DNA of 32,000 nt from Allobaculum fili (lineage in GTDB: Bacteria; Bacillota_I; Bacilli_A; Erysipelotrichales; Erysipelotrichaceae). The translations under genes were made by a program, and so were the position numbers. Of the stretch, positions 31,296 to 32,000 are shown piece after piece. How positions within the stretch are numbered: the first letter of the stretch is position 1; every line of letters begins with the position of its first letter. The notes under the pieces are model-generated. The model ran no database searches. It was given only the letters and a program-made list of their open reading frames with translations, and was not told the DNA's origin. The DNA lies in assembly GCF_020969955.1 (NCBI RefSeq), contig NZ_JAHDSX010000009.1, positions 30,001-62,000 of the forward strand. Reading direction: 5' to 3'.

Positions 31296-31324
31296 ATTAT
31301 ACGCAGGTCGGCCGCAAAAAACAA
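31296..31324 (-). promoter_or_regulatory. Candidate sigma-A promoter, TTGTTT-17 nt-TATAAT on the minus strand
   Basis: The -10 TATAAT is the reverse complement of 31296-31301, and the -35 TTGTTT is the reverse complement of 31319-31324. It would give a ~240-nt untranslated leader before the ATG at 31050. Confidence 0.5.
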
Positions 31325-31506
31325 CGCACAGCCTCTTGTGGAAAACGGAATTTTCAACGGGGTGAATTGAAATAGTAAATGCAGCGGTTGAACCTTTCTT
31401 TGGGGGATTTCGTCTTTGCAGCGCCAGCGCTGGATTCGGTCCTTCTGTCTGGATCTTTTCCGGACGTTCTGACTGAAAAGTCGATCGATCTGGCCTGAAA
31501 TTCCAT

Positions 31507-31531
31507 GAAAAAAGCCGGTCGCCTGACCGGC
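31507..31531 (-). terminator. Intrinsic terminator after the 31553-31768 ORF
   Basis: GCCGGTC (31514-31520) pairs with GACCGGC (31525-31531) around a 4-nt loop. On the minus strand a T6 run follows (A-run 31508-31513 on the plus strand). Confidence 0.8.
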
Positions 31532-31552
31532 TCGATCCGCGAGAAACGGGAA

Positions 31553-31768
31553 TTATTCTTCTTCCTGAACGGTATCCCAGTCGGGTCCGATTTCAGGGGG
31601 CGTTTTGCCCGCAAGACGTTCCTTGAGAACGCGGATTTTCATATCCATATTGTTGTGGTTGACCTTCATGTAACGATGCAGAAAATAGTCCTGAACCTGG
31701 TTGTAAAGCGAAACCAGTTCCTGGTATTTCTTCTCGTCTTCTGAAACAGGCTGTTTGGAATCTGCCAT
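31553..31768 (-). CDS. Small hypothetical protein (71 aa), family not recognised
   Basis: The ORF has its own terminator, and GGAGGTAGCG lies upstream of the ATG. It is a charged helical sequence with no motif I can name. Confidence 0.5.
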   Translation of the reverse strand: MADSKQPVSEDEKKYQELVSLYNQVQDYFLHRYMKVNHNNMDMKIRVLKERLAGKTPPEIGPDWDTVQEEE

Positions 31769-31810
31769 ATTCGCTACCTCCGCGAATTCAGTATAGGCAG
31801 ATCCGCTTTT

Positions 31811-32000
31811 CTAGGCGCCCGCTTTTGCCTGTGCTCTTGCCTTCTCGTATTCCCGGGTTCGCTCATACACCGTTTTGAGCCCCTTGAAAATCAGGTTGGG
31901 ATCGTACACATCGATATAGTCGGTGTGCTGGCAGATCACACGGCCAAGACCGCCGGTGGCGATGACTTTGAAGTCGCCGCATTCCTTGCGGAAGGCTTCC
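31811..32000 (-). CDS. coaX: Type III pantothenate kinase (CoaX), C-terminal 62 codons; the 5' part lies outside the window
   Basis: My own translation of the minus strand is EAFRKECGDFKVIATGGLGRVICQHTDYIDVYDPNLIFKGLKTVYERTRE...GA, ending at a stop at 31811-31813. The ATGG...D.NL...GL pattern is the conserved CoaX C-terminus. It is absent from the ORF track because it has no start codon in the window. Confidence 0.75.
   Translation of the reverse strand, partial: EAFRKECGDFKVIATGGLGRVICQHTDYIDVYDPNLIFKGLKTVYERTREYEKARAQAKAGA

Noticed and set aside
30983-31357. A 124-aa ORF (MKIPFSTRG...) in the long gap upstream of the FAD oxidoreductase
   Set aside because: It overlaps the oxidoreductase start by 68 nt in another frame and has no SD. 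Its ATG lies upstream of the best promoter candidate. Its composition after the first hydrophobic stretch looks random.

Overview
This window has about 53-55% GC by hand spot counts. It reads like a Bacillota (Firmicutes) core-chromosome segment; an Erysipelotrichia-like origin is only a guess. The left edge holds the 3' part of a low-GC IS4/IS1634-type transposase gene, which abuts a cyclophilin gene. Housekeeping genes follow: a cyclophilin PPIase, an S66 LD-carboxypeptidase-like protein with a ~190-aa acidic tail, a polytopic membrane protein translationally coupled to recG, and a HIT protein. Next come a single 801-codon murF-ddl fusion followed by alr, an acyltransferase-3 membrane protein, and a COG2509-type FAD protein. 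After that is the conserved yqeG-yqeH-yhbY-nadD/yqeK-rsfS-yqeM operon (nadD and yqeK fused), then mtnN, an orphan HerA-like DUF853 ATPase, a tseB/ypmB-like gene, dnaD and nth. The only clearly accessory block is a sortase-dependent pilus operon at 22.7-29.2 kb, encoding a large tip adhesin, a shaft pilin, a class C sortase and a basal pilin. Its three substrates carry three different non-LPXTG sorting motifs: LPQSG, LPLSG and SPQTG. The right end carries a DUF4298-like small protein, a second COG2509-type FAD oxidoreductase behind a ~240-nt leader, a small unknown ORF and the 3' end of coaX. I found no rRNA, tRNA, CRISPR array, toxin-antitoxin pair or recognisable defence system, and I cannot point to a convincing wholly new system. 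The best leads are the pilus locus with a possible divergent thioester tip domain, the murF-ddl(-alr) fusion module, a recurrent (A/T)TCCAGAC motif concentrated in intergenic DNA, a 9-bp periodic repeat upstream of yqeM, and two long untranslated leaders. All homology calls come from motif recognition by eye; no searches were run.
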